Below, piece by piece: positions 1 through 14,300 of a DNA stretch of 64,000 nt. The position numbers and the translations under genes were made by a program. Positions within the stretch are counted from its first letter, which is position 1; each line of letters opens with the position of its first letter. The notes under the pieces were generated by a model, which was given only the letters and a program-made list of their open reading frames with translations, was not told the DNA's origin and ran no database searches. This DNA is from Bugula neritina (Eukaryota > Animalia > Bryozoa), in the NCBI GenBank assembly GCA_964035545.1, contig OZ037767.1, positions 15,901,092 to 15,965,091 of the forward strand, read 5' to 3'.

Positions 1-1714
1 GCTATTAGTAGGTATAGTTTCCATATACAGATTCATTTTGGATTTCCATTTTTTACAAACATTTTATGCTACTGTGTGAAAACGTCGAGTGGTCTATTTA
101 TAATATAACTGAGTTCAACTTTAAAACCAATCTGAATCTGAAAACGATTTAGGCATGTTATCTAATAAAAACCTAACTAGTAGCTTCATGCTAGTGGTTA
201 GAAACATATTGCATTCAAATTGGTTTCAACTCTGTAGATGATCAAATCAGAGGGTGGGTGCACTAATGAAAATGCGCGGTTTATAGATGAGATTGGGGGT
301 GTCAGCAGCATCACTAACCAAAGTTTATAAAAATCATCAAAGAACTTAAGCCAGATTTTGACCAAATTAATGGTTCAAAAGTAAATATTTTATAGTTCAT
401 AACATCTGATTAGTGAAAACATAAAATAGTTGAGTCCCAAATGTAAAGTTTTTATCTTGCCTTTCCATTTTAAGTTTCTATTGTTGAGCAGTAATCATTA
501 ATATACTATTAGAATGCATATTTTGTTCTAGAGTGCAATCTATAACCTGTAAATAAGCTGTATAGCAGCTGGCACTAGTGACACTAATACAATAAAAGGA
601 AAACAATGGCGGAGTAAGATTTAAATCTATTGTCAAATCCAGGAAATTACTTTATCAATTTTAAATTAACAGGAACTTGCCTTAGTAATATTTTTTTCAG
701 CATAATGTTTATTTAGAAGAAATAACGTCATGGTACACATACGGGCATTAAAAGTTTTTAAAACACAATCTCCAATGGAATGGCGACTACCTGCATAGGA
801 AGTTAGAATTAGCACCATTCACATGTGTTACACCAAAAGTCGAGTGAAATCCCCCGACCCACACACGAGCATAGGTATTAAGGTATTACAGAAGCCATTT
901 TTAATAAATCAAAGAAATTTTTTGAAAAAAATTGACTGAAAAATGAATGAAAATTAGAGCAGATCTGAAAAGTAACAGTGACAATGGACAAAACTGAGCA
1001 AATATTTGTACTTTAAAGAATACTGTGTACTAACAAATTTTAAATAAACCTAAATCATACTGTTTGAGTCTATCTTTAAAAATGCCCAACGGCAAAAAAA
1101 AAATAATAAAGGAAAATAACTTGAAACAACTTTTTAAAATTTGATCTTCAAAATATTCTTACAACAAAGTTCAATTATTTCACATAAACTCACATGACTC
1201 TGATAAAATACTTGTTATTAATAAAAAAATACAATCAACTAGCCACGAGGTTTATTTATAGAATTTAAATTTAATTACAGAATTGCATTTTTATGCTATT
1301 GATTATTTTAAATTTATAGCCAAACTTACAATTTGTAAATAGTTTCACCCTAAAAGTAAACACAGTCACTTATTAAAGTTAAGATAAGAATCAAAGGAGA
1401 AAACTATAAGGTTATGATTAGAGTAACTGACCTTTATACTGCATAGAAAGTGATTAGGTAAGATAAGGTATGTTTGACTCTATGGTAACGTTGATAGAGG
1501 TAGGCTAAATGAGCACGGCATCTTTAAACAACCACCCACACATTAGGACAGCAAGTCTTTGTTGTATTTAATAAGTTGTATAACTGGAATGTGGCTATAC
1601 CCATACACCTCGCTTTAATGGATAAAGTACTTTGTCTAAGCACCAAAGAATACCTTAGGATTAATATAATATTTCTGCGTAGATTGAGCATATGTCATGG
1701 ATTTCCTTTTGCAC

Positions 1715-4068
1715 TCAGTTGATTTCTTTCAAGAAATTTCTACAAGAAATACACAAGATGAGTTGAACAAGAATCCTGCAAAGTGTTGCCATTGTCTGCT
1801 GTCAACAAGAGAATAAAAATGAAAAAAACACATCAATTTAAATGAAGCAAAATATCATTTAAAAACCTACAATATACATAGTCTATGGTCTTCCCCAAGC
1901 AGTATTTACTTAAGCAATTGAAGAGTTAGAGATTCAAGAAATATATCTCAAAGGTAAGTATATTCCATGACCCTAAAGGTCAACTGTGTGAGTTTAAATG
2001 GCACACATTTGGTAAATTTTAGACATTTTGTCTTTCCATGTTGTAAAATGGACTATTACAACATGGAACCTCAGCATTTTTAAATCAACTTTCATTATGC
2101 TGCTTTGAAAAATTCGCCTTTTAAATTAGCAAGTCTAAAATAATTTATGGACCACATTATTATATAAAATAGAATGAGTAAGTTTTCAGCTGTCTTGGTT
2201 ATGTAATTGAGTAGCTGTGGGTCTCAGAAACTACGTAATATCCCGGAGTGAGAGTTTACAACTGATGGAGTACTCCAAGCTAATTATCAACACTCTCAAT
2301 AGGATTATGTGAGATAGGAATTTCAAGAGATAAGCTGATAGCCTTAGCTCACTTTGAATGATTACGGGGGGGGGGGGGGGTGGGTGGTGTGACCTACCCG
2401 AGTATGTCAGGTAACTCCTGAGCTGAACAGATGTATTTGTGTTGAAAGCCTCTCTCTTTGCCAAACTTGTGAAATCTAACAGGGGGGAACGACTTCGGTC
2501 GATTTTTACTGGCGTCATATAACTAAAACGATTTACTTTAAAATAATGATGGATATTTTAAATAGAAAATGCAGCATCATAAAACACATTTAACAATGAA
2601 TTCTTATTATATGGATATAATATAACTAAATAGACACTGTCATTTAATTAAAATGTGTTTTTCATACACTCAACAACAAACTTCATAGAAGGCACGTTGT
2701 AGAACAAACTGCATTATATAAAACATATCTTAGTGCAGCATTTCAGTAAGATTCTTGTTATTTACACACTACACAGCTAGTTATAACACAACGCTATAAT
2801 AATAATAATCAGGGGAACTCAGCGTAGAAATTAGCTTTTCCAAGTCATGAGACAAATTAGACTGTGGGAGTTGCCCTTTCAATGAGGGTAATTATACCAA
2901 TAGCTCAATGTATAGTCTACCTGCTACCTTCACATATTTAGTATAAAGTAAAATACAACCTAAAGCAAAAACTCGATAGTTTATTAACTTCCCTGATGCA
3001 TATATAAACTATTTTCTAAAATGTTTAGCATTATGCTTCAGTCACAGCTCATTGGTAGTCACACTAAAGGTGAAATTATGATACTATATTATGAGGAATA
3101 TTTCAGACTAAATAATGTGTATTCACCTTCAGCCCAAGTTCTATAGGTATCACATGATCATCCTCGGCGTGCATTATAAGCACCGGAAGCTCTATGTGAA
3201 GAATACTACAAACATAAAAATCACGTGGAGACAACCCCTGTACGAATATCAAGCATTTATAGTTACATTACAGAGGAAATCAAAGTTGTTCATCCTTTAG
3301 TCTACATAACTGCATGAATGCCAATACAACATTGATATTTTACTAGTCAATAAAAGGGCACTTGCTAAGACCTGTCAGCAAAGGTGACATCACATGACTT
3401 AGTGACAACCAAGTACAGGTGTACCAGAAGTAACTGAAGTATTTCTGCAAATCAACACAGCTAATCAAAAATTAGGGAACAGCAAAAAGAAATAATTTTA
3501 AAGTTTTTACATCTTTTAACTTTTTAAAAATTTATTGAAACACCGAACATAGCAGTATGTGTGTGGGCCATAAAAGATATTCCATGATGTAGGAATGATA
3601 TTTTTATGCTACAATGTTTGATGTACCTATAAACTATGATATCTTTTAGCCCTACACTATAGGAAACATTTCTGCAGTATACACAGCCCTATGTTAGTTT
3701 AAATAATTGAATTTCAACTTCTCCAAACATACAACAAAATCCTCAAAACTCATCTATTTCTGTAGAAATGTTTTCGTCTGCAACAGAACTGTAACACAAA
3801 ATATATCCAGACTTACTGCACATCATTTTGAAGATAGATGCCGTAGGTGTGCATAGCGTCTAAGAAGAGATCGTCAAACCACCAGAGGAGGCCGAACACC
3901 TTGGAGAATGGATGCAGCATGGCAGCGTCAAATATATTGTTGAAGGGAGACTCGAGGAAGAGCGCCTTGGGGTACTCTTTCCTTTGCTCCGTAAGGAAAC
4001 GGACGGCCTTCGTCGCAATTCTTCAACAGCAGATATGATACGTATTTGTATTAGTTCTACTGCTGCTG

Positions 4069-4100
<32 letters not shown>

Positions 4101-7100
4101 GCTACTACTACTACTGCTACTACTACTGTTGCTAGTACTACTACTACTACTACTGCTACTACTACTACTACTACTACTACTGCTACTACTGCTACTACTA
4201 CTACTACTACTGCTGCTACTACTACTACTACTACTGCTACTACTACTGCTACTACTACTGTTGCTACTACTACTACTACTACTACTACTGCTACGGGACT
4301 AATGGTGTAAAAATGCTTATCTGAATAGATTCACATATTTGTTCTCGGACTCTTACTTCACTAAATCATTAAATAATAGTTATCGTAAAGCAGTGTAGTT
4401 TTATTAGAGATGAAAAGAAATAAAAGTAAAAGTACACATTAAATTAAACTATTTGGTGAACGAAAGTTCCAACTCTTGACATGTGCTACAAATAATTTGC
4501 TGCATCTAGGAATGAAATGGCAACTCCAATAAACAGTGTACTAACCCAGTGCCTAATGAGTGACCCCACACATATATTGGAACATCTGACCCAGCTTTCT
4601 CTCTCAGCCATAAATATAAAGTAACGACATCGGTAACCACTCCGTTCTCAGATGTGGGGGACCCAGTAGAGTCCCCATAACCTACGAGAAACACCAGAGA
4701 ATCAAGTTAGAATCCAGGGCTAATATTAACACATATTTGAAGTAAAATCAAATGAAAATGAAATTTTAAAAGAGCACACAACTTCAGCCCTAATAATCAA
4801 CTAATAACAGCTCTTAGAATATCTTAAAAGCTTACCTTATCCCACCTGACTCATATCACCCCACCTTATCTCAGCTGACTCATATCAGCTCACTTTATCC
4901 CACCTAATTCATATTAGCCCACCTTATCTCATCTGACATATTAGCCCACCTTATCTCATCTGACATATTAGCCCACCTTATCTCAGCTGACATATATTGA
5001 CTCACCTCTGTAATCTAAAGCCACGACATGGTAATCCAGAGCTGCTAGCACTTTATACATCTCCACCCTGTGGTCTGTACCTCTGTAACATACAGTGAGA
5101 GTCAGTTTAACAAACTCAGCTAAACACAGAACTTCACAGCTTCTGTTACACAAATGTACACAAATGTTACAAACTTAATAAACATGGGAAATAAAAAGTG
5201 GAAAATGATTTGCAGAAAACAATTAATTAATGTGATACATGTCTTCTTTTCTCGTATTTTTTTTCCTGTTGCCTATGAGTCTTTCAACATATAATCCCAT
5301 ATTCTAATAGCTCAGGTTCCTATTTATTTTCATTAATGATGCAAGGCCTCTCAGCTTAAAGGCACACACAGATTTTCAAACATAAGTTTTAACTAAACCT
5401 TTTATTAAAATAATAAAATTACCACAACTGGACTCTAGAAAATAGGAATAGATTGAATCATGGAAATTAAAATTCACATGGAAACCGGGAAAAAGAATGA
5501 CTCACCTAGTACCTGTGTTACCATGGCAATAGAGTATCACAGGATGTTTAGAGTGGAGTAGTGTCTCAAAGTCTCTGTCTGTTAGTCCGTCTCTCTCCAG
5601 AGATTTCGGTAAAATATGCCTAGACCAGAAAGAAAGTGTAATATAGTATACTGTAGTTATAGTATATACTGTAGTTATAGTGATACTGCACTTATAGTAT
5701 ATACTGTAGTAATAGTGATATACTGTACTTATAGTGATATACTGTAGTTATAGTGATATACCGTAGGTATAGTGATACTGTAGTTATAGTGATACTGTAG
5801 TTATAGTGATCTACTGTAGTAATAGTGATACTGTAGTTATAGTGATCTACTGTAGTAATAGTGATACTGTAGTTATAGTGATATACTGTACTTATAGTGA
5901 TATACCGTAGGTATAGTGATACTGTAGTTATAGTGATACTGTAGTTATAGTGATACTGCAGTTATAGTAATAGTATATACTGCAGATACTAAACTAAAGT
6001 CCTAACAACAAGAAGGCAGCACTCACCAAACTCCCACTGTGATGTTGTCCTCAATATGTTTATAAAAATGGCGAGCATAGTTCAGTTCCACCGACCTCGG
6101 ATCAGAGAGGTTAACGTTATACGGAATTTTGACTAAAAACCACAAAAAGCTCTGGTGATACTACGGAATCGCTAGAAGCAGCACAATGTTTGAGGCCATT
6201 GAATGCAGTGGCTGCGTGAGAAGTTCAGAGTTCAGACAAAAATGATTGTGTAAACACTGCATTCAATGACCATCAACTTTGTGCTGCTTCTAGCAATTCT
6301 GGTGATATATTTCTGAACATAATATCTGAAACTAAAATTATAGCACAATCAACAAAATATATACTATAATAAAAATAATGTAAATAAGAATATAATAATT
6401 AATATTTGCACAGTACTTTTAAATACTCTTATGCCTTTTGACCATTAGAGAAAAACAACATTTGCCTAATTTAAACTTATAACATTTTACAATGTGTGAA
6501 GATTATATATTACACTAATATAAATCAAGCACTAACACGAAAATGGCATATTAGTTAAGTTTGAGTTATCATCTCAATATTACAAATATTTAGAAAACAT
6601 AACTCCCAAACTCCCAAATCGTCATGAAAAAAAATTCAATTCTTTATGATTGAATTAGTATGACTGAAAGATAAAACAAGACACAAATATTATACAGCAA
6701 GAGATCAGGCAATAAACTTACAAGCATTTAGATAGACTATATGTTTGGGGATTTGTGGGAAGACTATGATAACCAGGGGAGCTACTACTAGAAGAAGTAT
6801 CATCACAAGGGAGATGATGCAGAAAGCTAACCATAAGGTGCATCTGAAACAGAAAGTCTTGAGTCAATATACAGGGCAGACAGTAAACTGAATGTATGAA
6901 AATATAATGCAAAGTTATTTCTAGTAGAACACTTGTTTTGGTGCATATCTTTTAATAGTAAGAAAGTTTTAAAACTTAAATTATACAGCTAAAAAAAGTG
7001 AGAATTGTGAAAATCGCCAGGAAGCAAACATAAAATGTGCATCTGAAGTCACACTTATAGTTATAGAGACCCTTCAGAAAAGGATAATGATTTAAATTCA

Positions 7101-8042
7101 AAATTCTGGCAATTTTCAATGTTGTTAGGAAAAACTTTGCCAAGAATCTTTTGAGTAACACTTCAACAGTAATTGACAAAGAAACAATTTCCTAAACAAA
7201 ATGGAATAACTCCACTATAATAATGCTATCATAAGAAGAAAACCACTCCATAATTATAATAAGATAACTCTATTTTAATGGAAAGATAACTCCCCAATAA
7301 TAATATTGCAACAAATCTACTACAATAATAATAAGAAGCAACTCTACAATATCAACTGATATCACAATCAGCTATAAAAGCAGTCAACTGTGATTAGATG
7401 TGCAGACAAAATGAAATCCGCCATCTTGGTCAATGATATCAATTACTTTACAGTGTATTAAGAAAAATACTATTTCAACTCAATAATGTGAAAAATGTTA
7501 AAAAAATTTATTTTAAACATAATAAAACGTTTATCCCACCTAAAAGTTTTCCAGGCACAAGCTGAGCACGTTAGTTTATCTCGTGTCGCATCCCCTTGAC
7601 CTTTCTCCGCCTCTCTGGGTGGGGAAGGGGCGTCGACATAGTCACCCTCCAGAGAGAAGAGATCAATAGTATCGTCATCCTCTTCAATGACCTCTCCATC
7701 TCCATTGCCTAGCAATGACGGGGTAAACTCTTCATTGGCACTGTTGTTACCATTTCCTAAATACAAGAAAAAACATTAAAAAAATATGCAAAGCAAATGC
7801 AATTATTTCACGAAAAAAACTAGTACTACGCCCATGTTGAGGAAACTTGGTCAATTATAAGTTTTATCGAAAAAAATCAATCACCAGTGATCAATAATTG
7901 AATAGTTTATAATCTGACTTGGTAAACACTCATCAAACTCTACATATATTCTACACTCAGCACAGAAATATGAGTTACCGAGACTGTCTGAATCATCACT
8001 TCCTTTCTGTTTCTTTGCTTTGCTCCTCGACCTTGTTGCCAT
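1715..8042 (-). CDS. ABHD12: Lysophosphatidylserine/monoacylglycerol lipase ABHD12-like alpha/beta hydrolase, 11 coding exons, ~422 aa
   Basis: Exons (minus): 8042-7979, 7756-7540, 6843-6722, 6132-6027, 5619-5506, 5082-5006, 4681-4546, 4020-3817, 3205-3127, 2522-2398, 1739-1715. All introns are GT-AG and the total is 1269 nt in frame. N-terminal TM helix ([26 protein letters not shown]), then [28 protein letters not shown], nucleophile [20 protein letters not shown] and FQHKYI, which follow the ABHD12 motif order. Confidence 0.93.
4058..4293. repeat. (ACT/GCT)n trinucleotide microsatellite in ABHD12 intron 7
   Basis: Direct reading; it explains the poly-Thr ORF 3912..4310. Confidence 0.95.
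4830..5006 (-). repeat. 27-29-bp minisatellite starting at the ABHD12 exon-6 donor
   Basis: Minus-strand units GTGGGCTAATATGTCAGATGAGATAAG, about 6 copies. Confidence 0.85.
5640..5990. repeat. 17-19-bp minisatellite (ACTGTAGTTATAGTGAT[AT]) in ABHD12 intron 4
   Basis: Direct reading. Confidence 0.9.
6166..6299. mobile_element. Fold-back MITE (family copy 1)
   Basis: Arm GAATCGCTAGAAGCAGCACAA...CATTGAATGCAGTG pairs with CACTGCATTCAATG...TTGTGCTGCTTCTAGCAATTC; a related copy lies at ~43805-43948. Confidence 0.7.
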
Positions 8043-10131
8043 GGTTACCAAGTCAGCGTAAACTACGCACAAACTAAAATCACACAGCAGACATTTTAGC
8101 AATCCTGCTATTGAAACAAAAACAATAATTCGACAATTATTAAAACAGTCTGTAGGAAGAGCAGTAGGTTGTGCTACAGTCTCTAAAAAGTTTATTTATA
8201 TTATATGGTTATATTATTACATTATACCATACTATTTTTTCATTGTACTGTCCTAATTCAAGTAATTTACAATGAAACCAGCAAAGTTTTTATATCTTCA
8301 ATGACTAACAATTCTGTGAATATTACCATTCATAATATTGTACCCTTTCAAACTCGTAAGTGTGGAATGCATGTTGATTGGCGTATTGCATCCACTGAGC
8401 AATATACTACAGCTACTACACTTTGTAAAATTATTATTATTAGCAATAATATAATTATTGCAATTTATAGTCAAACTTGAAGACTTAAGAAACTGTTAGT
8501 TTTTATTGTTAGGTTACACTTACTAACTCTACCAACTAATGAATAGGTTAATAATTACTAACACTATATACCTACAGTATATAATATTCAGCAATAAAAA
8601 TATCAAATTATTTTACACATTACCGGACTAATACTGACTAGCCACTAGTCACTTTCAAAGTCTAATCAGTATGACAATGAATATGATTAATAACAATACT
8701 ACGTCCAATGGTAACTATAACTGTAAGTCACTAAATGTTAACCAAAGTAGGTAATAGTAATACTAATAAACTATAACTATTGGTAGTAGCATTACTCTAT
8801 TACTACCAGCACAATTACATTAGTACTAACATTACTACTACTAGTACCATAAGCTTAAATCCTAGTAAAATAGTTGCTAGCAGTAGAAGTTTAGTAAAAT
8901 CAAAATGTGGGCAGAGTCATACTGATACTCTTATTCATAGTGCTAATGCTACTAGTACTTACACTTGATAAGTTAAAATTATCTATTACAATTATAGCAA
9001 ATGTAATACTTAAAGTTAATAACTACTATGCTAATTGAGTAATATAAAAGTAATACTAATGGCAATAGTATTGCATTTACAATTACTGTAAGTGTAATAA
9101 TAATGCCAACCGCCCAATGGTACCACAGTAACAGTAACACTAAAATTAAAACAAAAAGACAAAAGTTTGAAGCAAATTTTAATTTACTCATTTAGTACCT
9201 AAAGTTACTAACAATAACACTAATAGTAATACTCAGTAATAGTAATAGTCAATAGTTAATAATAATACTAAGTTTAATACTAATAGTAATACTGATAGTG
9301 ATAGTAATAGTATAGGTATATTCATTATGATTATCATTATGATTATCATATTCATATTGATATCAATCAAAGTCAAAGTGATAGTGAGAGTTGGATTAAC
9401 AAACTAGCAACCCGTTCAACGCCGTGTCTTAGTCTACTGCCTAATATTTTTATAGCACATGATTTTGATAAACATCAATGATAGTAGAAGTAATACCGAG
9501 GCAATGCAAACGTTATAATATGATAACATTATTTGCAATTGGACTTTGTACTTTTTATTTTGTAACTAGCAACCCGATAGCGTTTGGAAAGGTAGTTTCT
9601 CTTTTTGCGAGATGATTTTTGTCGATTCGCCAATCATGATCTCGCTCGTATTGTTTAACTTAGTAAGCGACGTATATATTAGTCATTTCATCGAAATAGT
9701 ATTAATAAAATCTACAGCTGTAAAAGGATTAATTCTAACCTAAGCCTGCGTTCCCAGTATGTAACAGAGCATTTCTCCCGCGTAAAAGGTCAAGAACAAA
9801 ATAGTACTAATATTTAGAAAAATAATTATTGTTTCAAATTTTCATACTTATTTGATTTAACACTAAACTCTAAAGCAGCTTCTGAGTTTGAGTTTTATGT
9901 GAGTGTAAATAATTCATAAATAACGATTAATACTTATATTTCAGCATTTTCATTTTGTTATTCTGTTTCTTTAAATTCTAACCTGAAGTAAAGCTTAACA
10001 TTAACCTAGTCCTATGGCTATGGTAGTGATACTCATACTGATAGTGATACCCATACTCATACTGATACTGATAGTCATACTCATAGTCATAGTGATAGTC
10101 ATAGTGTTACTGTCTAGTGATTGTGATACTG

Positions 10132-10500
10132 ATAGTCATAGTGATAGTGAGACTGATAATGATAGTCATGCTGATACTCATACTCATATTGACATTGATA
10201 GTCATAGTGATAGTGGCATAGTACTTAGTAGTAGTATAGTAGTAGTATAACTATAACTATAAGTATAAGTATAACTAGTTTAAGTTATAACTATAAGTAG
10301 AAGTTATTTAAGTATAACTATAAGTAGTATAAGTATAACTTATAGTTATACTTAAATAACTTCTACTTATACATTAACTTATAGTTAATGTTATACTAGT
10401 TATACTACTACAATGCCACTATTACTATGAGTATGATTATCAATATGAGTATGAGTATCAGCATGACTATCATTATCAGTCTCACTATCACTATGACTAT
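10132..10500. repeat. Large inverted repeat (fold-back) in low-complexity DNA between ABHD12 and SUZ12
   Basis: About 60 bp from 10132 are the exact reverse complement of 10441-10500; an inner 33-bp pair 10292-10324 / 10339-10371 is also perfect. Confidence 0.9.
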
Positions 10501-10842
10501 ACTTATAGTATAAGTATAACATTAACTATAACTTATTAATAATAACTATAAATAATAAGTATAAGTATTACATTTAATTTTAGTATTACTATTACTATTA
10601 GTATTAGTATTACTATAGACATGCTCATAGTGATAGTATTAGTATAACTAGTAGTAAAGACAGTTTAGTAAAGTATTACTGTTACTATTGTCTATTAGTA
10701 TTACTATTAGTAATACTCATAGTCTAACTCTAAGTTATGCTTATACTGATAGTCATTATCATATTAAATTTTATACTCTTAGTGGTAGTGAGAATAAAAG
10801 AACTTATAACATTAACTGCTATAGTTATATTTATAGTTATAA

Positions 10843-11150
10843 GGGTCATTTTACCTAATTTAGTACACACTATAGATTTCTAGTTTTTAGCTATTTTTCA
10901 CAGTTTTAGTTTAGCCGCTAATGTATATAATTTCTTGCATTAACTGATAAAATATTAGCAAATACAGCTGAATAAGCAAGGTTGTTTTTTAATTTCGCAT
11001 AATTTCCTATGTTTTCTCTTAATTTTTAAGTAATTTGGGTGTGCGGCAGGATGCTTTTTCATCATGCCCCCACTCCAGATTTACTCGAAAATTAGAATAA
11101 AACATCGAAAATCAAGCAAAATAAGAAAACAACCTTGATTATGTACTAAT
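10843..11150. mobile_element. Degenerate non-autonomous TIR element (GGGTCATTTTAC..ATTTAGTACAC family)
   Basis: The first ~200 bp are clearly similar to 42148-42340. Confidence 0.65.
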
Positions 11151-11347
11151 GCTCCTTCGGGTAGAGCCATTGGCTTATTGAGTAGTACAACTTATAGTGG
11201 TTACTTATTAAATTTCTAAAAGGGCAGACTAAAGTTAGAAGGTGGAAATTGCAAAAACCCGAAGCTGTGGTTTTGAATTCGAAGGAGTTTCATCAACTTT
11301 AATCTAAAGAGCTTTGTCAACTCTGAGCTGAACCAAACTTTTAAAAC

Positions 11348-14300
11348 ATGAGCCAGGAATCAACAAAGGTATTTTGTTATTCCTACACATCATCGTTATG
11401 TTTCCTGAAACATTTTTTAAAAATTGATTTCATACTTCCAATTTTATTGATATTTTTATGCTCTAAGTCAAGATTAACTTAATAGCTACTTGCAATAGCA
11501 TTACGCTCTTTGATTCCCACATCATATATGCTTAGAATGTGCAGTGAAAATTGGAGTTTTAACTTCAAAAGTGCAACATTTCTAAATAAAAATGTATGAT
11601 GAAGAACTAAAAGTATTTGAAAATCTATTTTCCTGACTTTCTCTACAGCAAATTTTAAATATTTCTGTCATCATTGCCTTTGCCTATGTCAGCAGATAGT
11701 ATGCCAGTTCTACCAGTGTTTTTGTCAGCGAGTATGCTCTGTTTTAGTCTCCCCATCGTCTTAGATCAGCAACCAATTCTCCTGTATGGGTATCTCTCTT
11801 ATCTAAATTATGTTGGCCATTTTTAGTTCTGTTTTGTTACTTTTTGTTCTATCTACAAATTCAGTTACGAAAGTTGTATGACTGTTGTGATAGCCCTAAG
11901 TTCTTGAGATTATTCTATCCTAACTTGAAGATCATAGGCAAGCCCAGGCCGAAGCGACGAAAAGAGTTCATGAGTTACGAGTATGCGATGGATATAGATT
12001 GTGACGACGCTGACAAACTTTCCCAAATGTCTTCCGTCAGCAGCAGAGATCAAGCTCCCGTCTCCAAATCTGTGAGGAGTGGACGTGGGGGATCCGAGAG
12101 GGCAACTCCAGCTGAGAAACAGCCTAGCATCGAAGGTATGTCTGTGTGTCTTTATGTCTGTCTATGTGTCTATTTGCATGTATGTCTCTCTATGCCTGTA
12201 TGTTCTCTAGTTATTTAGTATTCCGCAACATAGCCTGCAATAGCCACAGCTACTTGGGGAAACCAGTCATGCTTCCTGTATTCAGCAGATCATGTCTGGT
12301 TTTATCGAGAGCATATAGCGTAATGCTCAACGTTTCCCAATTCCAAGGCATCAGGTTCAATCACTCAATGCTTGGTTTAATACAGCTGCCTTGTTTTTGT
12401 AGATGCTGTGTATCTGTACAGAGACATCACAAACAGTACTCGCCCGGTTAGTGTACCCAGTTTATCTGCTCCACCTTAAATCTTGAATTTACCCTAAACA
12501 CTGTCTATATATTTGGTGTTTCTTATTATAAACTTTTACGGTTTACTTCCTCTATGTGTAAACCTAGCAATAAACTTGTCAGAAGCACAAACCATCAATA
12601 GAACCAGCTGAATACGTTTTTCAGTTACAAAAAGCTTTGTCTGTGTGCTTATTTGTAATTTATCCTTTGACCGTCTGATCACCAACTCTGTTTCTTTTAG
12701 CCCATTTTCCTACAGAGAAATCTCGTTTATCTGCCTCAGTGCCGTAAACGTCCCAACAACAGCTTTTCATCGTAAGCATCAATTATATTCTTTCTGCAGC
12801 TTTTTGGCAGTGTGATGTGATACACACTTGTATTTTTATAGATCTGGTGGTAGTGCTTGTAATCGCATTGAGAAAATATGCAGATATATGCAAACTGAGT
12901 TATTTATGCATATTTATATATGTGTCCGTGCGTATGTGTTTATTTATGCATGTTTTTAGCTAATACAATACATGTAAAATATTCTAAAAATAGATTTTAC
13001 TGTATGACATGGGAGTTGGAATCATTTTTCTAACCTGTAACTTTTTCCTGATCCAATTTTGTGGTGACTAAATAATATCTGGATTAAGAAACTATGTATC
13101 TTATAGTTTTTTTGGCCCATTGGCTCTCAAATCTGAAAATGAAATCTGTTTGAAGCACCAACTTTGATCTAGGGTATACTGTAAGTATAATTTTACTAAT
13201 TTTGTGTGGAAAAGTCACGATACGCAATATATTTGAGTCAATACCTTTATCTCGACAGTCACGAGGCGTTTGAAAAGTTGCTGGAGAAGTTGTCAAACTT
13301 TGCAACCGTCTCGTCCCAAGTACAGCTCACTCTCACCAATATTCTGAACATCAAACTCAGCCCACTGGACAAGAAGGAAATCACTCTAGACTTTTATTTA
13401 CTCAAAAACTGCTACAAGCGCAGAAAGGTGGGCAACTCCTAATCCTTTGATATTTTGAAGTTGTAGGCTCAACGTGTGTGCATATATAAACAATGGTGTC
13501 TTTTACCGTGTAATCTACTTTTATTATTTCCTGTCACATGACCTATAGATAGTATCAATTAATGATTCTTTATTTTTGCTATAGTGTGGTTCATTTTATT
13601 TTATTTAGTATACATCAGCAAGTTGGGACTTCATGATTAAAACATGGTATAGTTTGTATCTCATTTAAACGATTCAAAGCTGCACGGTTTATAGGATCGC
13701 AAAATAAAATTCCTAAAACCATATAGAATAAAGTATTTTTGATTTTTAATTTATTCAGTTCACCAACAATTATGCAATAATCATCACTGAAACCTGTGCT
13801 TCGACAAGTAGGTTAAAAAACATAGGAAATGTTGCAAAATTTGTGATGATTTGAATTTATTTAACAATTCATTATTTTAAGGCAAAAATTGTATATATTG
13901 GCAACTAGATTTTTGTAAAATAGGCAAAAAGTGATTAAATTCAGTACATGCTACATAATGTAAAATGACCCGTATTCTGTTGTATTGTATTATGTCACTT
14001 AATGACATCATATCCTGTTCTCCAGACTGACGTCACGTCAATAGAAAAATTTGTCAAATCGATTATATTAACCACTCCCCTGAACATGGACACTCTCTCC
14101 ACCAACTCTATAACTCTCGACTCAAATGAAATCTCATCCGAAGTTGGCGCCTATCACATATCCGCCTGTTACCTCAAGGCCAAGGTCGTCATTGCCACTG
14201 CGAAGAAAATCTCTGTTGCCTGTAAGTTGGACGGCACTGTTTGCTTGAGTTTTGGTTTTTCATACAATTGTTGTCATCCTTTTGAAATAATGTCTTGCGA

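Noticed and set aside
2231-2340. Alternative last exon of ABHD12
   Set aside because: An AG near 2335 gives a short open frame, but there is no pyrimidine tract or homology; the exon at 1739-1715 (NFLKEIN) fits the family C-terminus.
3912-4310. 132-aa ORF with poly-Thr (mucin-like)
   Set aside because: It is the antisense of ABHD12 exon 8 plus an (ACT)n microsatellite.
10014-10250. Hydrophobic plus Asp/Ser/His ORF resembling a small membrane protein
   Set aside because: Hexamer low-complexity DNA that forms one arm of the inverted repeat; no splice or homology support.
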